Below, piece by piece: positions 10,073-18,576 of a DNA stretch of 64,000 nt. Source of the stretch: Gemmataceae bacterium (lineage in GTDB: Bacteria > Planctomycetota > Planctomycetia > Gemmatales > Gemmataceae); the NCBI GenBank assembly GCA_022616245.1, contig JAKEFD010000169.1, positions 8,384 through 72,383 on the forward strand, read 5' to 3'. A program made the translations under genes and the position numbers. Below the pieces are notes generated by a model. It did not search any database. It was not told the DNA's origin and saw nothing but the letters and a program-made list of their open reading frames with translations. Every line of letters starts with the position of its first letter. The first letter of the stretch is position 1.

Positions 10073-12201
10073 TACGAAGCGCTCAGCTTCTTCGCGGCGG
10101 CGGCGAGCTCCAGGAAATACTCTTCCGAATCGCGCTGCTGCTGCTTGCGTGCCTCGGCCAGGCCCGCTTCCGCATAGCCAAGCGCTTGCGGTCCGTTCTT
10201 GGCGGACAGCATCGCCTCGGCGGCGCTGCCGCGAACCTTGAGCTCATTCGGCACGCGCGCAATCAGTCGGTCGAAGACTTCCTGCGCCTGGCCCAAATCG
10301 CCGGATTTGGCCAGCAGTTGGCCGCGCCGCAATTCGTAGTCATTGCGCCGGCGGCCATCGTTGTGCTCACAGTCGTCCTTCTCCCCGGCGTTGACTTGAT
10401 CCAGCGCGGCCGTGAAATCGCGATTGGCCAATGCCGTTTGCGTCAAATGATTGAAGAACGCATAACGGTCCGGCTTGTCGGCGCGCGGCGGCCGCGCTAC
10501 CGCCGTCTGGGCGAACTTGGCCGCCAGGTCGCGGGCATCGATCTTGAGCGCGGTCTGGAAGGCGGTTTCGAGCTCTTCGTCTTGAAGCGCATCCGGTGAC
10601 AAGCCGGCCAGTTCCGCCGCGCCCATCGCGGCGATGTCCAAGGTCGGTAGCCGGGCGGTCCTTTCCTGGACAGGGGTTTCCGGCGCGCCGGCAGACACGA
10701 ATGTCTGCCCAACGGCGTCCAGACCAAGCTTGCGGCGCAGCCGATCGAAGTCATACGGATATTTCGTCATCGCCGAGCATTCTTGCAGGAACTGAATGAC
10801 GCCGCGCAGTTTCTTCTTGAGGACCGCGTGGCCGGCCGCGTCAATGGGCGGCACGCCGCCCAGCGACTTGAGCGGCCGGTGCAGCCAGGTTTCCTCGTAG
10901 AACTTTTCCAGGTGCTCTCGGAATCGGCTCTCGATCTCGGTTTCACTGAGCGCCGCTTTCGGGAAGATCAGACACTCGGTCACGATGTCGAAGAACTTGG
11001 CCGGCCCGCGCGCGTGGTACGGCTGACCGAGCGCCGCGCCGGCCCGCTGCTGCACGATGGCGAAGGCGCGGTCGAGGCGCTCCTTGAGCACGCTCCACAG
11101 CCGCATGATATTGCCGACTATCGTGAAGAACGCGGCCAGGTGCGGACTCTGCTTGGCTTCCAGCTCCGGCGTCAGGGCCGGAGCGGGCTTCTCGAGCATC
11201 ATGCCGGTGATCATGCCCTCTTGCTCGGCCACGCGCACGCCGGCGAGTATTCCCTCTTGCCCCATGCGCTGCAACGCTTCGAGAAACGCTTGCGGATCGG
11301 TCATCGGCGCCAGGACGGCGTATTCAACATAGTCCGCCTGGTCCTCCATGCCCTGGCCGACGCGCAGCACTTCGCCCAGAGCCCAGGCCGCGGCGGCCCT
11401 GGCTTCATCCTTTTCAAGAGCGACATAGCGGTCCAGCGCTTCGAGGGCTGCGGCGTTGTTCGCTTGCCAGGCGTGCGTCAGTGCGAGGTTGAACCAGGCC
11501 GCGGCGTCATCAGGATCGACCTGCGTGAGCTTGTCGAAGGCCTTGGCGGCGTCGGCGAGCTTTCCCGTCCCCGACAGGGCTAATGCTTGATCCCAGGCAG
11601 TCCGGTTTTGCTCCTTGGGATGCAAATACTGGTGTTCTTTCTTGGCGGACGCCGGCAGATTCGGGTTCTCCTGGCCGAAAACTTTCTCGAGCGCGTCGCG
11701 CAGATCGGTCGTGCCGACGTTGTAACGCGCGGCCAGTTGCAACGCGGCCCGCCCCGCCACCGGACGGTTGAGCTGCATCTCGCAATCGAAAATCATGCTC
11801 CAAAGCTGCGCCAGAATGCCTTTTGCCTCGGGGTCGTAGTATTCGGTGGCCTTGCGAAAGCACAAAAGCGCCCCGGCCAACTCGCCCTCTGCCCGGCGAA
11901 AGCTGCCCCGTAAAAGATGCCCGAACGGGTAATGCGGATTGATGGCGAACGCTTTTTCGAGGGCCGCCTCGGCTTCCTCCGCCCGCTCGGAGTTGTACAA
12001 GAGCTCCGCTTTGCGACCCCACACTTCGGGGTTCCCCGAGTGCTCCTGGGTGAGCTGATCCATGAGACGCAGGGCCGCCTCTTTTTGCCCTTGCTCGTAT
12101 TGCTGAAATGCCTGGTCAATATGTACGTGGATGGGCTGGCAGCACCATTTGAACTTCTTGCCGCTGCCGCACGGACACGCCGCGTAGGGATCCAAAGCCA
12201 T
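10072..12201 (-). CDS. SEC-C motif plus TPR-repeat protein
   Basis: 709 aa. N-terminal CPCGSGKKFKWCC (SEC-C metal-binding motif), with TPR-like repeats at both ends. Confidence 0.85.
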   Translation of the reverse strand: MALDPYAACPCGSGKKFKWCCQPIHVHIDQAFQQYEQGQKEAALRLMDQLTQEHSGNPEVWGRKAELLYNSERAEEAEAALEKAFAINPHYPFGHLLRGSFRRAEGELAGALLCFRKATEYYDPEAKGILAQLWSMIFDCEMQLNRPVAGRAALQLAARYNVGTTDLRDALEKVFGQENPNLPASAKKEHQYLHPKEQNRTAWDQALALSGTGKLADAAKAFDKLTQVDPDDAAAWFNLALTHAWQANNAAALEALDRYVALEKDEARAAAAWALGEVLRVGQGMEDQADYVEYAVLAPMTDPQAFLEALQRMGQEGILAGVRVAEQEGMITGMMLEKPAPALTPELEAKQSPHLAAFFTIVGNIMRLWSVLKERLDRAFAIVQQRAGAALGQPYHARGPAKFFDIVTECLIFPKAALSETEIESRFREHLEKFYEETWLHRPLKSLGGVPPIDAAGHAVLKKKLRGVIQFLQECSAMTKYPYDFDRLRRKLGLDAVGQTFVSAGAPETPVQERTARLPTLDIAAMGAAELAGLSPDALQDEELETAFQTALKIDARDLAAKFAQTAVARPPRADKPDRYAFFNHLTQTALANRDFTAALDQVNAGEKDDCEHNDGRRRNDYELRRGQLLAKSGDLGQAQEVFDRLIARVPNELKVRGSAAEAMLSAKNGPQALGYAEAGLAEARKQQQRDSEEYFLELAAAAKKLSAS

Positions 12202-12227
12202 GCCTTGCTTCTTTCGAAAACTACTCC

Positions 12228-12300
12228 GTAGCCGCAGGCTTCAGCCTGCGGGCATCCGCAGCCTGTAGGCTGCGGCTACAGATAATTGCTACAGATAATT
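12228..12300. repeat. nested palindromes plus a 2 x 13-nt tandem duplication
   Basis: Two adjacent 8-bp hairpins at 12232-12251 (ccgcaggc/gcctgcgg) and 12256-12275 (ccgcagcc/ggctgcgg). An alternative outer pairing joins 12228-12237 with 12270-12279. The tandem unit gctacagataatt sits at 12275-12287 and 12288-12300. Confidence 0.7.
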
Positions 12301-12399
12301 ACTAAGCTCAGGATAGCGGAACGCGGAAAGCTTGGCGATACCGTAGACGTCCGAGCCGCGCCCGCGCCATGCAGAGGCGACAGGTTCCGTGGCGCTGCC

Positions 12400-12461
12400 G
12401 CATGCTTTCGCCGTGCTGGTCCAGGGTTCGCGCTCGTTGCAAAGGATCGGCGAAAGCATGC
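12400..12461. repeat. 14-bp perfect inverted repeat with a 34-nt loop
   Basis: gcatgctttcgccg (12400-12413) and cggcgaaagcatgc (12448-12461), in a ~400-nt gene-free stretch. Confidence 0.6.
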
Positions 12462-12599
12462 CACCGATTCAATCCAGCGGGCATGTGGACTCAGCGTCAT
12501 TATTGTCATCGCCGAGGGCCACGGTCGCCTCACTTTTGACGAAAAACAGCATTGCCGGTTTCGCTTCCTCCAAGGAACCATCGCAGCAAAACGATGGCG

Positions 12600-13217
12600 C
12601 TACTTCTCGGCGACGTGCTTCCGCAAGAACTCCCGCATGAGCGTGGCGATTCGGTCGCCATCTTCCTCCAGAGCGAAGTGGCCCGTATCGAGCAGGTGGA
12701 ACTCCAGATTCTTCAAGTCCCGCTTGTAGGGATGCGCTCCCTCGGCGGGGAAAATCTTATCGTTCTTGCCCCACACAATCAGAGTCGGCGGCTGATGCTT
12801 GCGAAAGTAGGCGTGCCATTTCGGATAGAGCGGTGGATTGCTGCCGTAGCTGTAGAAGAGGGGCCTGTCGAACGAGTAGTCGAACTTATCCACGGACGGG
12901 GCCGAGCTATGGCCGAAGCCGGGGTAGTCCGGGGCAACGACGTGATATTGGTCGGCCAGAACCGGGATCAGGTTGCGGAACATATGCGAGGAAGTCGGAA
13001 ACCCGTGCAACAGCAGGAGAGTCGGGGCGTCCTTCGGTCCCGCTTCCCGATAGAAGATGTCGAGGCCGTCGATCTTCACGAATCGGTGAGCTACCTTGGC
13101 GGCTTCGGCCCGGACGACAGGTTTCTGATCACCGGCGAATCCCCGCTGACTCGTCGTTGAGGTTAAGCCGACCGTTATCGTGGCGAACAACACGGATCGA
13201 ATGATGCGATGCAACAT
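12600..13217 (-). CDS. alpha/beta-hydrolase-fold protein, apparently internally deleted (nucleophile region missing)
   Basis: Start taken at ATG 13217 (signal-like MLHRIIRSVLFATITVGL). It has HGFPTSSHMFRNLIP...PDYPGFGHS, then jumps from ...FDYSFDR straight to PLFYSYGSNPPLYPKW...TLIVWGKNDKIFP...DTGHFALEE. Full-length relatives as I recall them carry about 140 more residues here, including the nucleophile elbow. Confidence 0.55.
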   Translation of the reverse strand: MLHRIIRSVLFATITVGLTSTTSQRGFAGDQKPVVRAEAAKVAHRFVKIDGLDIFYREAGPKDAPTLLLLHGFPTSSHMFRNLIPVLADQYHVVAPDYPGFGHSSAPSVDKFDYSFDRPLFYSYGSNPPLYPKWHAYFRKHQPPTLIVWGKNDKIFPAEGAHPYKRDLKNLEFHLLDTGHFALEEDGDRIATLMREFLRKHVAEK

Positions 13218-13300
13218 GATCGTTTTCCTTGTGAGGGAGGTTCGGTGTCGATCCGGTCGTCCCTCGGCGACCAGTCGAAACAATCCGCCATCGGCGGGAT

Positions 13301-13698
13301 TCAGGAGGTTGCCTTCTTTGCGAGCGCCTGGGCCAGTTGAGACTCCAGGTCGGCGATGCGACCTTGCAGTTTTTCGATCAGCGGCGTGAACTGCCGCTGG
13401 GGAATCCGTTTGTGGATATGCTGCGGACAGTTGATGTCCCAGCCTTCGACGGTGAAGACGATGGCTCGTTCGACCTTGGCTGGATAATCCGGGTCACGGA
13501 GTTGGTCGAGCAGATCGGCGTCGTCGTCAACAACTCTGGCAGTTCCCCACACCTTGACCCGCTGGCTGTTGGCGTAGTCCATCAAGAAGATGAACGCCTT
13601 GGGATTCTCCGAGAGGTTGCCATGGCTCGTGAGCCTTTCGCTGCCTGGATGCTCTTTACGGCAGGGGTGAAGGCGATGTCGCTCGGATAGTGCCGCAT
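13301..13698 (-). pseudogene. pyridoxamine 5'-phosphate oxidase-family gene with an internal out-of-frame deletion
   Basis: GGAGG (13712-13708) then ATG 13698 gives MRHYPSDIAFTPAVKSIQAAKGSRAMA, the family N-terminus. The frame then breaks. The C-terminal half (GNLSENPKAFIFLMDYANSQRVKVWGTARVVDDD...WDINCPQHI) continues in another frame to the stop at 13301. Confidence 0.6.
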
Positions 13699-13728
13699 GG
13701 TTCCTGACCTCCGTGAGACTCAGACGAT

Positions 13729-13742
13729 ACAGACAGGTCTGT
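13729..13742. promoter_or_regulatory. palindromic operator candidate (ACAGAC-AG-GTCTGT) upstream of the PNPOx remnant
   Basis: Near-identical to the 14362-14377 site. It lies 31-44 nt upstream of ATG 13698. Confidence 0.5.
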
Positions 13743-13769
13743 TTACGTGATGCCAAAAAAAAAGAGAGG

Positions 13770-14351
13770 TTACACGCCTTTGGCTTCCGTCACTAATTTC
13801 AAGGCGGCGTCACGGGCCACGTCCACGGCGTCCGGGGAACCCTGAATCACCGCCGTCACGATTGCCCCTTCCACGAGCAGTCCAACAGCCGGAGCGACTT
13901 TCGCTGCACCTTTGCCGACAGCTTCCTCCACCAGCCCCGTCAAGAACTCCTGGAACCGGCGCTTGTGGTCCCGCACAAACTGCGTCCCGGCGTGAGCAGG
14001 GTCGGCCAGTTCCACGGCGGCGTTCTGGAACGCACATCCCCGGAAGCCTGGACTCTCGAACCAGTCCTTGAGAGCGGCAAAGAACGCCCGGAGCTTATCT
14101 TTCGTCCGCTTGCCGTGCTTCTCCATCGCGGACCCGAAGAACTCCAGAATCTTCTCTTCTCGATACTTCAGGACGGCCAGGATCAGGTCGTCTTTGGAGG
14201 GGAAGTGCTTGTAAAGGCTCATCTTGGCGACTTCCGCCTCGGCGATGATTCGGTCGATGCCGACCGACCGAATGCCGCTCTGGTAGAACAGCCGGTCGGC
14301 GGTTTCCAGGATGCGCTGGCGGGCTTCAGAAGTCTCTCGTGTACGTCCCAT
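13770..14351 (-). CDS. TetR/AcrR family transcriptional regulator
   Basis: 193 aa with an N-terminal TetR HTH (ILETADRLFYQSGIRSVGIDRIIAEAEVAKMSLYKHFPSKDDL). Confidence 0.9.
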   Translation of the reverse strand: MGRTRETSEARQRILETADRLFYQSGIRSVGIDRIIAEAEVAKMSLYKHFPSKDDLILAVLKYREEKILEFFGSAMEKHGKRTKDKLRAFFAALKDWFESPGFRGCAFQNAAVELADPAHAGTQFVRDHKRRFQEFLTGLVEEAVGKGAAKVAPAVGLLVEGAIVTAVIQGSPDAVDVARDAALKLVTEAKGV

Positions 14352-14361
14352 GCCTGAAGTA

Positions 14362-14377
14362 TACAGACCTGTCTGTA
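14362..14377. promoter_or_regulatory. palindromic operator candidate (TACAGAC-CT-GTCTGTA) upstream of the TetR gene
   Basis: A 7+7 perfect palindrome 11-26 nt upstream of the TetR ATG (14351). A second copy is at 13729-13742. Confidence 0.55.
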
Positions 14378-14462
14378 CTTGTCAAGTGGTCGGGGAGTTT
14401 TTTTTCGATCCATCCGAATTTGTGGCTTGGGTACGGAAGATCGACTCATTGCCACGGCACGA

Positions 14463-17400
14463 TCACGGAACCCTGTGGACACGTCGGGTGCTCCAGATCT
14501 GCAGATGATTGTCGTTGCTCACGGAGACTAGGTCCGCGCCGTCCGGACTGAACGCCAGCGGCGATTTTTCGTGAAGTTGCGTGCGCAACGTCAGGACTTC
14601 GTGTCGCGTCTGCGTGTCCCACAATTTCGCGGTGCAGTCCGATGCGGCCGAGGCGAGCCGGCGACCATCGGGGCTCACGGCCAGCCCGTACAAGGTGCCG
14701 GTGTGCCCCCCAGTGACCGCCATGATTTCGCGGTTCGCTGTTACGTCCCAAAGGAACATCTTGCCTTCGACACCGCCCAGAGCAAGGAAGCGACCATCAG
14801 CGTTAAAGGTAATGCAAGTCATCGACGGCTGGAGCCCCAGGTCCGCGACAAGGCGACCCGTTTCCGTGTCCCACACTCGGGCGTACTTTCGGTCTTCGAC
14901 CGTCATGAAACGCCGCGCATCCGGACTCCAGACGACTTGCGTGCGGCCAGACCGCGGCAGCGTCAGCACGTCGTGCCCGGTCAAGAGGTCGCGCACGTGC
15001 AGTTCCGCATCCTTCGCATACGCTGTCAGCAAGCGCTTGCCGTCGGCGGAAAACGCCAGGCCGCGGACTTGGACTTGCCCCGCGTTGATCAACGGGATCT
15101 CTTCGGCACGGTCAAGGTCCCACAGCTTGGCAACGCCGGCGCCGTTTCGCCAGGCTACCTGTCGTCCGGCGGGACAAAATGCGAAGGAAGAGATCGGATT
15201 GCGAAGGGCCGGGTTGAACTTCTCGAGTGTGTGAGCCTTCTCCTTGACGAAATCCCAGAGACCGACCCCGCCCCAGGCATCGCCCCAGGCGAGCAGCCGT
15301 CCGTCCGGGCTGTAAGCCAGCGCATTGGCCTGCTGCGCGACTTGAACAGGAAGCGTTACGGCTTCCTGATTCCCGGCGGCATCCCACACTCGAACCAGTG
15401 AGTCGTGGCCCGCCGAGATCAGTCGTTTGCCGTCCGTCGAATAGACCAGGTCCCACACTATTCCACTATGGCCGTGTATTGTGTGCAGCCGGCGACGTTC
15501 CTTAACACTCCAGACTTGCATGTCGCCTTCCTGACCGGCCGAAGCGAGCCGTGCACCGTCGCCAGGGCTGAAACAAACGCTGGTAACGGACAGTTGATGG
15601 CCATTATGGCTGAACTCTTCTTTTTCCGTGAGCAAGCTGTGGACTCGAACCATGCTGTCGCGGCCGCAACTCGCCAGCAAGTTTCCATCGGGGCTGAACG
15701 CAAGGTCGAGCGTGCGGATGCCATGTCCCGGCCATTCGTACTCCGGTTTGCTCGCTTTGGCTTTCCAATCCCACACCCGGACGTGCCACGAGGCCGTCGC
15801 GAGGTAATGGCCGTCGGGGCTGAAGGCGACCTGGCAGATATCGCTTATGTCGGCCAGCCGGTTGTAGTACCAATTCCGGTCGCGTGTGTCCCAAACCTTG
15901 AGCCGCCTTGGACCGCCCGCCGCCAAATAGCGGCTGCTCGGGTCGAACGCAAGCGACCAGACGGCGACTTCGTCCGTGCTCTTGAAGTCCTTACCCCCGA
16001 ATTCGATGTCGGGCGGTAGCGGCGCGCCGGTTTGCGCGTCCCACAGCTTAATGATGCCGTCGTGCGAGCCGGACGAAGCCAGCAGTCGCCCGTCGGGACT
16101 GTAGGCCGCTGCCAGAGCCAAGTGCTTGTGTTTGCCGAGAGTGGTTTTGCGACCCGTGTCGAGGTCCCACAGGAGCACGCTGTAATCATGACTGACCGAT
16201 ACGACCTGATTGCGCTTGGGATGGACGGCGAGCGCCTGGACGATGTTCTCGTGTCCCGGGAAGGTACGCAGGGCCGAATGGCGCATACGGTCGAGATAGC
16301 GCCACTCCCAGGTGTCCTGTTGTTCCGGGGTGCAGGAGTCGAGCAGAGTTTCGGCACGTGCCGCGTTGTTCGCCAGCCATTCGCGGTGGGCCAAGGCGAC
16401 CTGAAAACGGTCGAGGGTCGCCACGCGCTCCGCCCGGGCCGTGCGCTCCTTCGCCAGCGCGTCTTTCGCCTGCTTCAAGCCGTCCTCGGCTCGCCACCAC
16501 AACCAACTGCCCGTGCCGACGCCCAAGGTGACAGCCAACAAAAGCAGCCCGGCCAGACTCGCCACCACGGGCTGGCGGCGCGTCCACTTCAGCACCTGGT
16601 GCAGCGGTCCAACGGGACGAGCACGAATCGGCTGGCCGTCCAGGAAGCGGCGCAAGTCTTCGGCCAGCTCCAACGCGGTGGCGTAGCGCTGGCGCGGCTG
16701 TTTGCTCAGGCACTTCAGACAGATCGTTACCAGATCGCGGGGGCACTTTGGCTGCAAGCGGCTCGGCGAGACCGGCTCGACCGTTTGCACCTGGAGCATC
16801 GTTTCCAGCGGGGTTTGGCCGCGGAACGGCGGCCGGCCCGTCAGTAGTTCGTAGAGAATCGCCCCAAGGCCGTAGACGTCGGTGGCCGCGCTGATCTCGG
16901 CGCATTCAGCTAGCTGTTCCGGCGCCATGTAACTGGGCGTGCCAAGCATGTCGCCGGTCTGGGTCGGATTCACTGCGCTCAAATGCATAAGCTTGGCGAG
17001 GCCGAAGTCGGTGATCTTGGGAATTGCAGATTGCAGATTGTCGATTGTCGATTGAAAGACGGCCAGACGGCTTCCGCTCGTCTCAATCTCCAATCCGCAA
17101 TCTGCAATCTGCAATAGTACGTTGGCCGGCTTGAGGTCGCGGTGAATGATGCCGCGCCCGTGGGCGTGGTGGATGGCGTGCGCCAGCCGTTCGACAAGCT
17201 GCGCCGCGGCATGGGGCGGCTGTGGCGTCCCAGCCAAGAACCGGTCCAGGCTGCCGCCGGCGACGTACTCCATGGTGAAATACGGCCGACCGTCCTGCTC
17301 GCCGACTTCGTAGACCTGCACGATGTGCGGATCCTGAAGCTGAGCGACCGCCTCGGCCTCGCGCTGGAAACGCTCTAGCTCCCCGGCGCCGGCGTGGGCG

Positions 17401-17732
17401 CCACCCGAGATCATCTTGAGGGCCACCAAGCGGTTGGGCCGGAGCTGCCGAGCCTTGTAGACGACGCCCATGCCGCCACGGCCCAGCTCGCCGAGCACTT
17501 CGTAGCCCGCGACGACGGGACGTTCCGGCGGCGGCGCACCTGTGCCGCGCACCAACGTGGAGGCTGCATCCGCGCGGCGCCGGTAATACGCATCCACTCG
17601 CAACAGCTCCCGGTGCAGCGCCTCGCGCAGCGGGACGGCCTCCGCGTCCAGATAATCCTCGACCCGCGGCAGTTTACCTGCCTTCCAGGCGGCCTCAAAG
17701 CGGTCGCAGACTTCGTCGATCCGCTCGATCAT
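14463..17732 (-). CDS. Ser/Thr protein kinase with TM segment and C-terminal WD40 repeats
   Basis: ATG at 17732 (MIERIDEV...). An alternative GTG at 17756 overlaps the sigma-factor stop (GTGA). Hanks motifs are GELGRGGMGVVYKA, HRDLKPANV, DFGLAK and APE, followed by many WD40 units. Confidence 0.9.
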   Translation of the reverse strand: MIERIDEVCDRFEAAWKAGKLPRVEDYLDAEAVPLREALHRELLRVDAYYRRRADAASTLVRGTGAPPPERPVVAGYEVLGELGRGGMGVVYKARQLRPNRLVALKMISGGAHAGAGELERFQREAEAVAQLQDPHIVQVYEVGEQDGRPYFTMEYVAGGSLDRFLAGTPQPPHAAAQLVERLAHAIHHAHGRGIIHRDLKPANVLLQIADCGLEIETSGSRLAVFQSTIDNLQSAIPKITDFGLAKLMHLSAVNPTQTGDMLGTPSYMAPEQLAECAEISAATDVYGLGAILYELLTGRPPFRGQTPLETMLQVQTVEPVSPSRLQPKCPRDLVTICLKCLSKQPRQRYATALELAEDLRRFLDGQPIRARPVGPLHQVLKWTRRQPVVASLAGLLLLAVTLGVGTGSWLWWRAEDGLKQAKDALAKERTARAERVATLDRFQVALAHREWLANNAARAETLLDSCTPEQQDTWEWRYLDRMRHSALRTFPGHENIVQALAVHPKRNQVVSVSHDYSVLLWDLDTGRKTTLGKHKHLALAAAYSPDGRLLASSGSHDGIIKLWDAQTGAPLPPDIEFGGKDFKSTDEVAVWSLAFDPSSRYLAAGGPRRLKVWDTRDRNWYYNRLADISDICQVAFSPDGHYLATASWHVRVWDWKAKASKPEYEWPGHGIRTLDLAFSPDGNLLASCGRDSMVRVHSLLTEKEEFSHNGHQLSVTSVCFSPGDGARLASAGQEGDMQVWSVKERRRLHTIHGHSGIVWDLVYSTDGKRLISAGHDSLVRVWDAAGNQEAVTLPVQVAQQANALAYSPDGRLLAWGDAWGGVGLWDFVKEKAHTLEKFNPALRNPISSFAFCPAGRQVAWRNGAGVAKLWDLDRAEEIPLINAGQVQVRGLAFSADGKRLLTAYAKDAELHVRDLLTGHDVLTLPRSGRTQVVWSPDARRFMTVEDRKYARVWDTETGRLVADLGLQPSMTCITFNADGRFLALGGVEGKMFLWDVTANREIMAVTGGHTGTLYGLAVSPDGRRLASAASDCTAKLWDTQTRHEVLTLRTQLHEKSPLAFSPDGADLVSVSNDNHLQIWSTRRVHRVP
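17023..17115. repeat. 93-nt imperfect palindromic element lying in frame inside the kinase catalytic domain
   Basis: Arms at 17023-17061 and 17079-17115 are built from attgcagattgcagattg-type short repeats. It encodes LQIADCGLEIETSGSRLAVFQSTIDNLQSAI between HRDLKPANVLL and PKITDFG. Confidence 0.75.
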
Positions 17733-17752
17733 GGTCGGCGTCAAGGGTGCGG

Positions 17753-18361
17753 TCACGGGGCGACCTCCTCTTCCCATTGCGTGCGGATGCGCTGGAGCTT
17801 GCGCTCGATGGTGCTCGGCGCGCAGTCGAGCTTGGCCGCGATTTCTTCGTTCGTGTAGCCTTCCATCTTCCACATTGCGATCGTGCGCAACTGATCTGTG
17901 TTCAGACGCGCGAGCAGCCGCCGGCATTCCTCAACGACCATCGCCGCCGATTCCGGCGTCGGTTCCCTGCTGACAAACCACTCGAACGGCGACTCGTCTT
18001 CCGCGCCTGCGGCCTTCAGGGCCGACTGACCGAGTACGGCGCCGCCGCCGCGTTTGAGCCGGTTCTCGTCGCGCATTTGGTCGAAGGCCTTGCGCGCGGT
18101 CAATGTGAACAGGAGCCGCCACAGATCGTCACGGTCGGCCAGCTGTGGAAAGCGGCCGGCTTCCGCGCCCCGGCAGAACGAGTCAAAGGCGCTCAGAGCC
18201 ACGTCTTCTTCATCGGCCGCCCGGCGACGGCTGTCCGGGAGTTTCGTGCGCGCCAGGCCGACCAGACGGTGGAAGTAGCGTTCCCACAACGGCTGGGCCG
18301 CGGCTTGGTCGCCGGCCTTCAGCAATTCTATCCAGCGGCTGACCGAGCCTTCGGAAGGCAT
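17753..18361 (-). CDS. ECF-type sigma factor (Sigma70_ECF / TIGR02999-like, kinase-associated type)
   Basis: ATG at 18361: MPSEGSVSRWIELLKAGDQAAAQPLWERYFHRLVGLAR...LRTIAMWKMEGYTNEEIAAKLDCAPSTIERKL. Confidence 0.85.
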   Translation of the reverse strand: MPSEGSVSRWIELLKAGDQAAAQPLWERYFHRLVGLARTKLPDSRRRAADEEDVALSAFDSFCRGAEAGRFPQLADRDDLWRLLFTLTARKAFDQMRDENRLKRGGGAVLGQSALKAAGAEDESPFEWFVSREPTPESAAMVVEECRRLLARLNTDQLRTIAMWKMEGYTNEEIAAKLDCAPSTIERKLQRIRTQWEEEVAP

Positions 18362-18476
18362 GGCAGGGCATCTCGCGCAGGCGAACGAGATCGCAACACC
18401 CGAATTGTAAGTGTGCCGGCGCGGACCTGCAACCTTCGCTTCTTGCCGGTTTCGACTTCCCGGCTTCCGGCGCGAC

Positions 18477-18540
18477 GATTTTTTTTTTGCGATCTGCTGC
18501 GGGGTTCGGCGGCGTTTTGGAGATGTCCCTTCGGACCAGG
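18477..18540 (+). promoter_or_regulatory. conserved leader/promoter block, copy A (upstream of hcp)
   Basis: A T-run, then tgcgggg...gcgg, then the perfect 17-mer gttttggagatgtccct (18514-18530). The block recurs at 20185-20244. Confidence 0.5.
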
Positions 18541-18576
18541 GCATTCTCGCCCGTTTACACACTGAGGAGGTTGAAA

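Noticed and set aside
12276-12729. Overlapping 101-aa and 147-aa ORFs in the 12.2-12.6 kb gap
   Set aside because: They have no motifs, are mutually antisense, and span the palindromic repeats. I treat the region as non-coding.
18362-18576. Canonical sigma70 or ECF (GGAAC...CGTC-type) promoter in the sigma/hcp divergent region
   Set aside because: I could not find hexamers with acceptable spacing by eye. Only the conserved leader block is reported.
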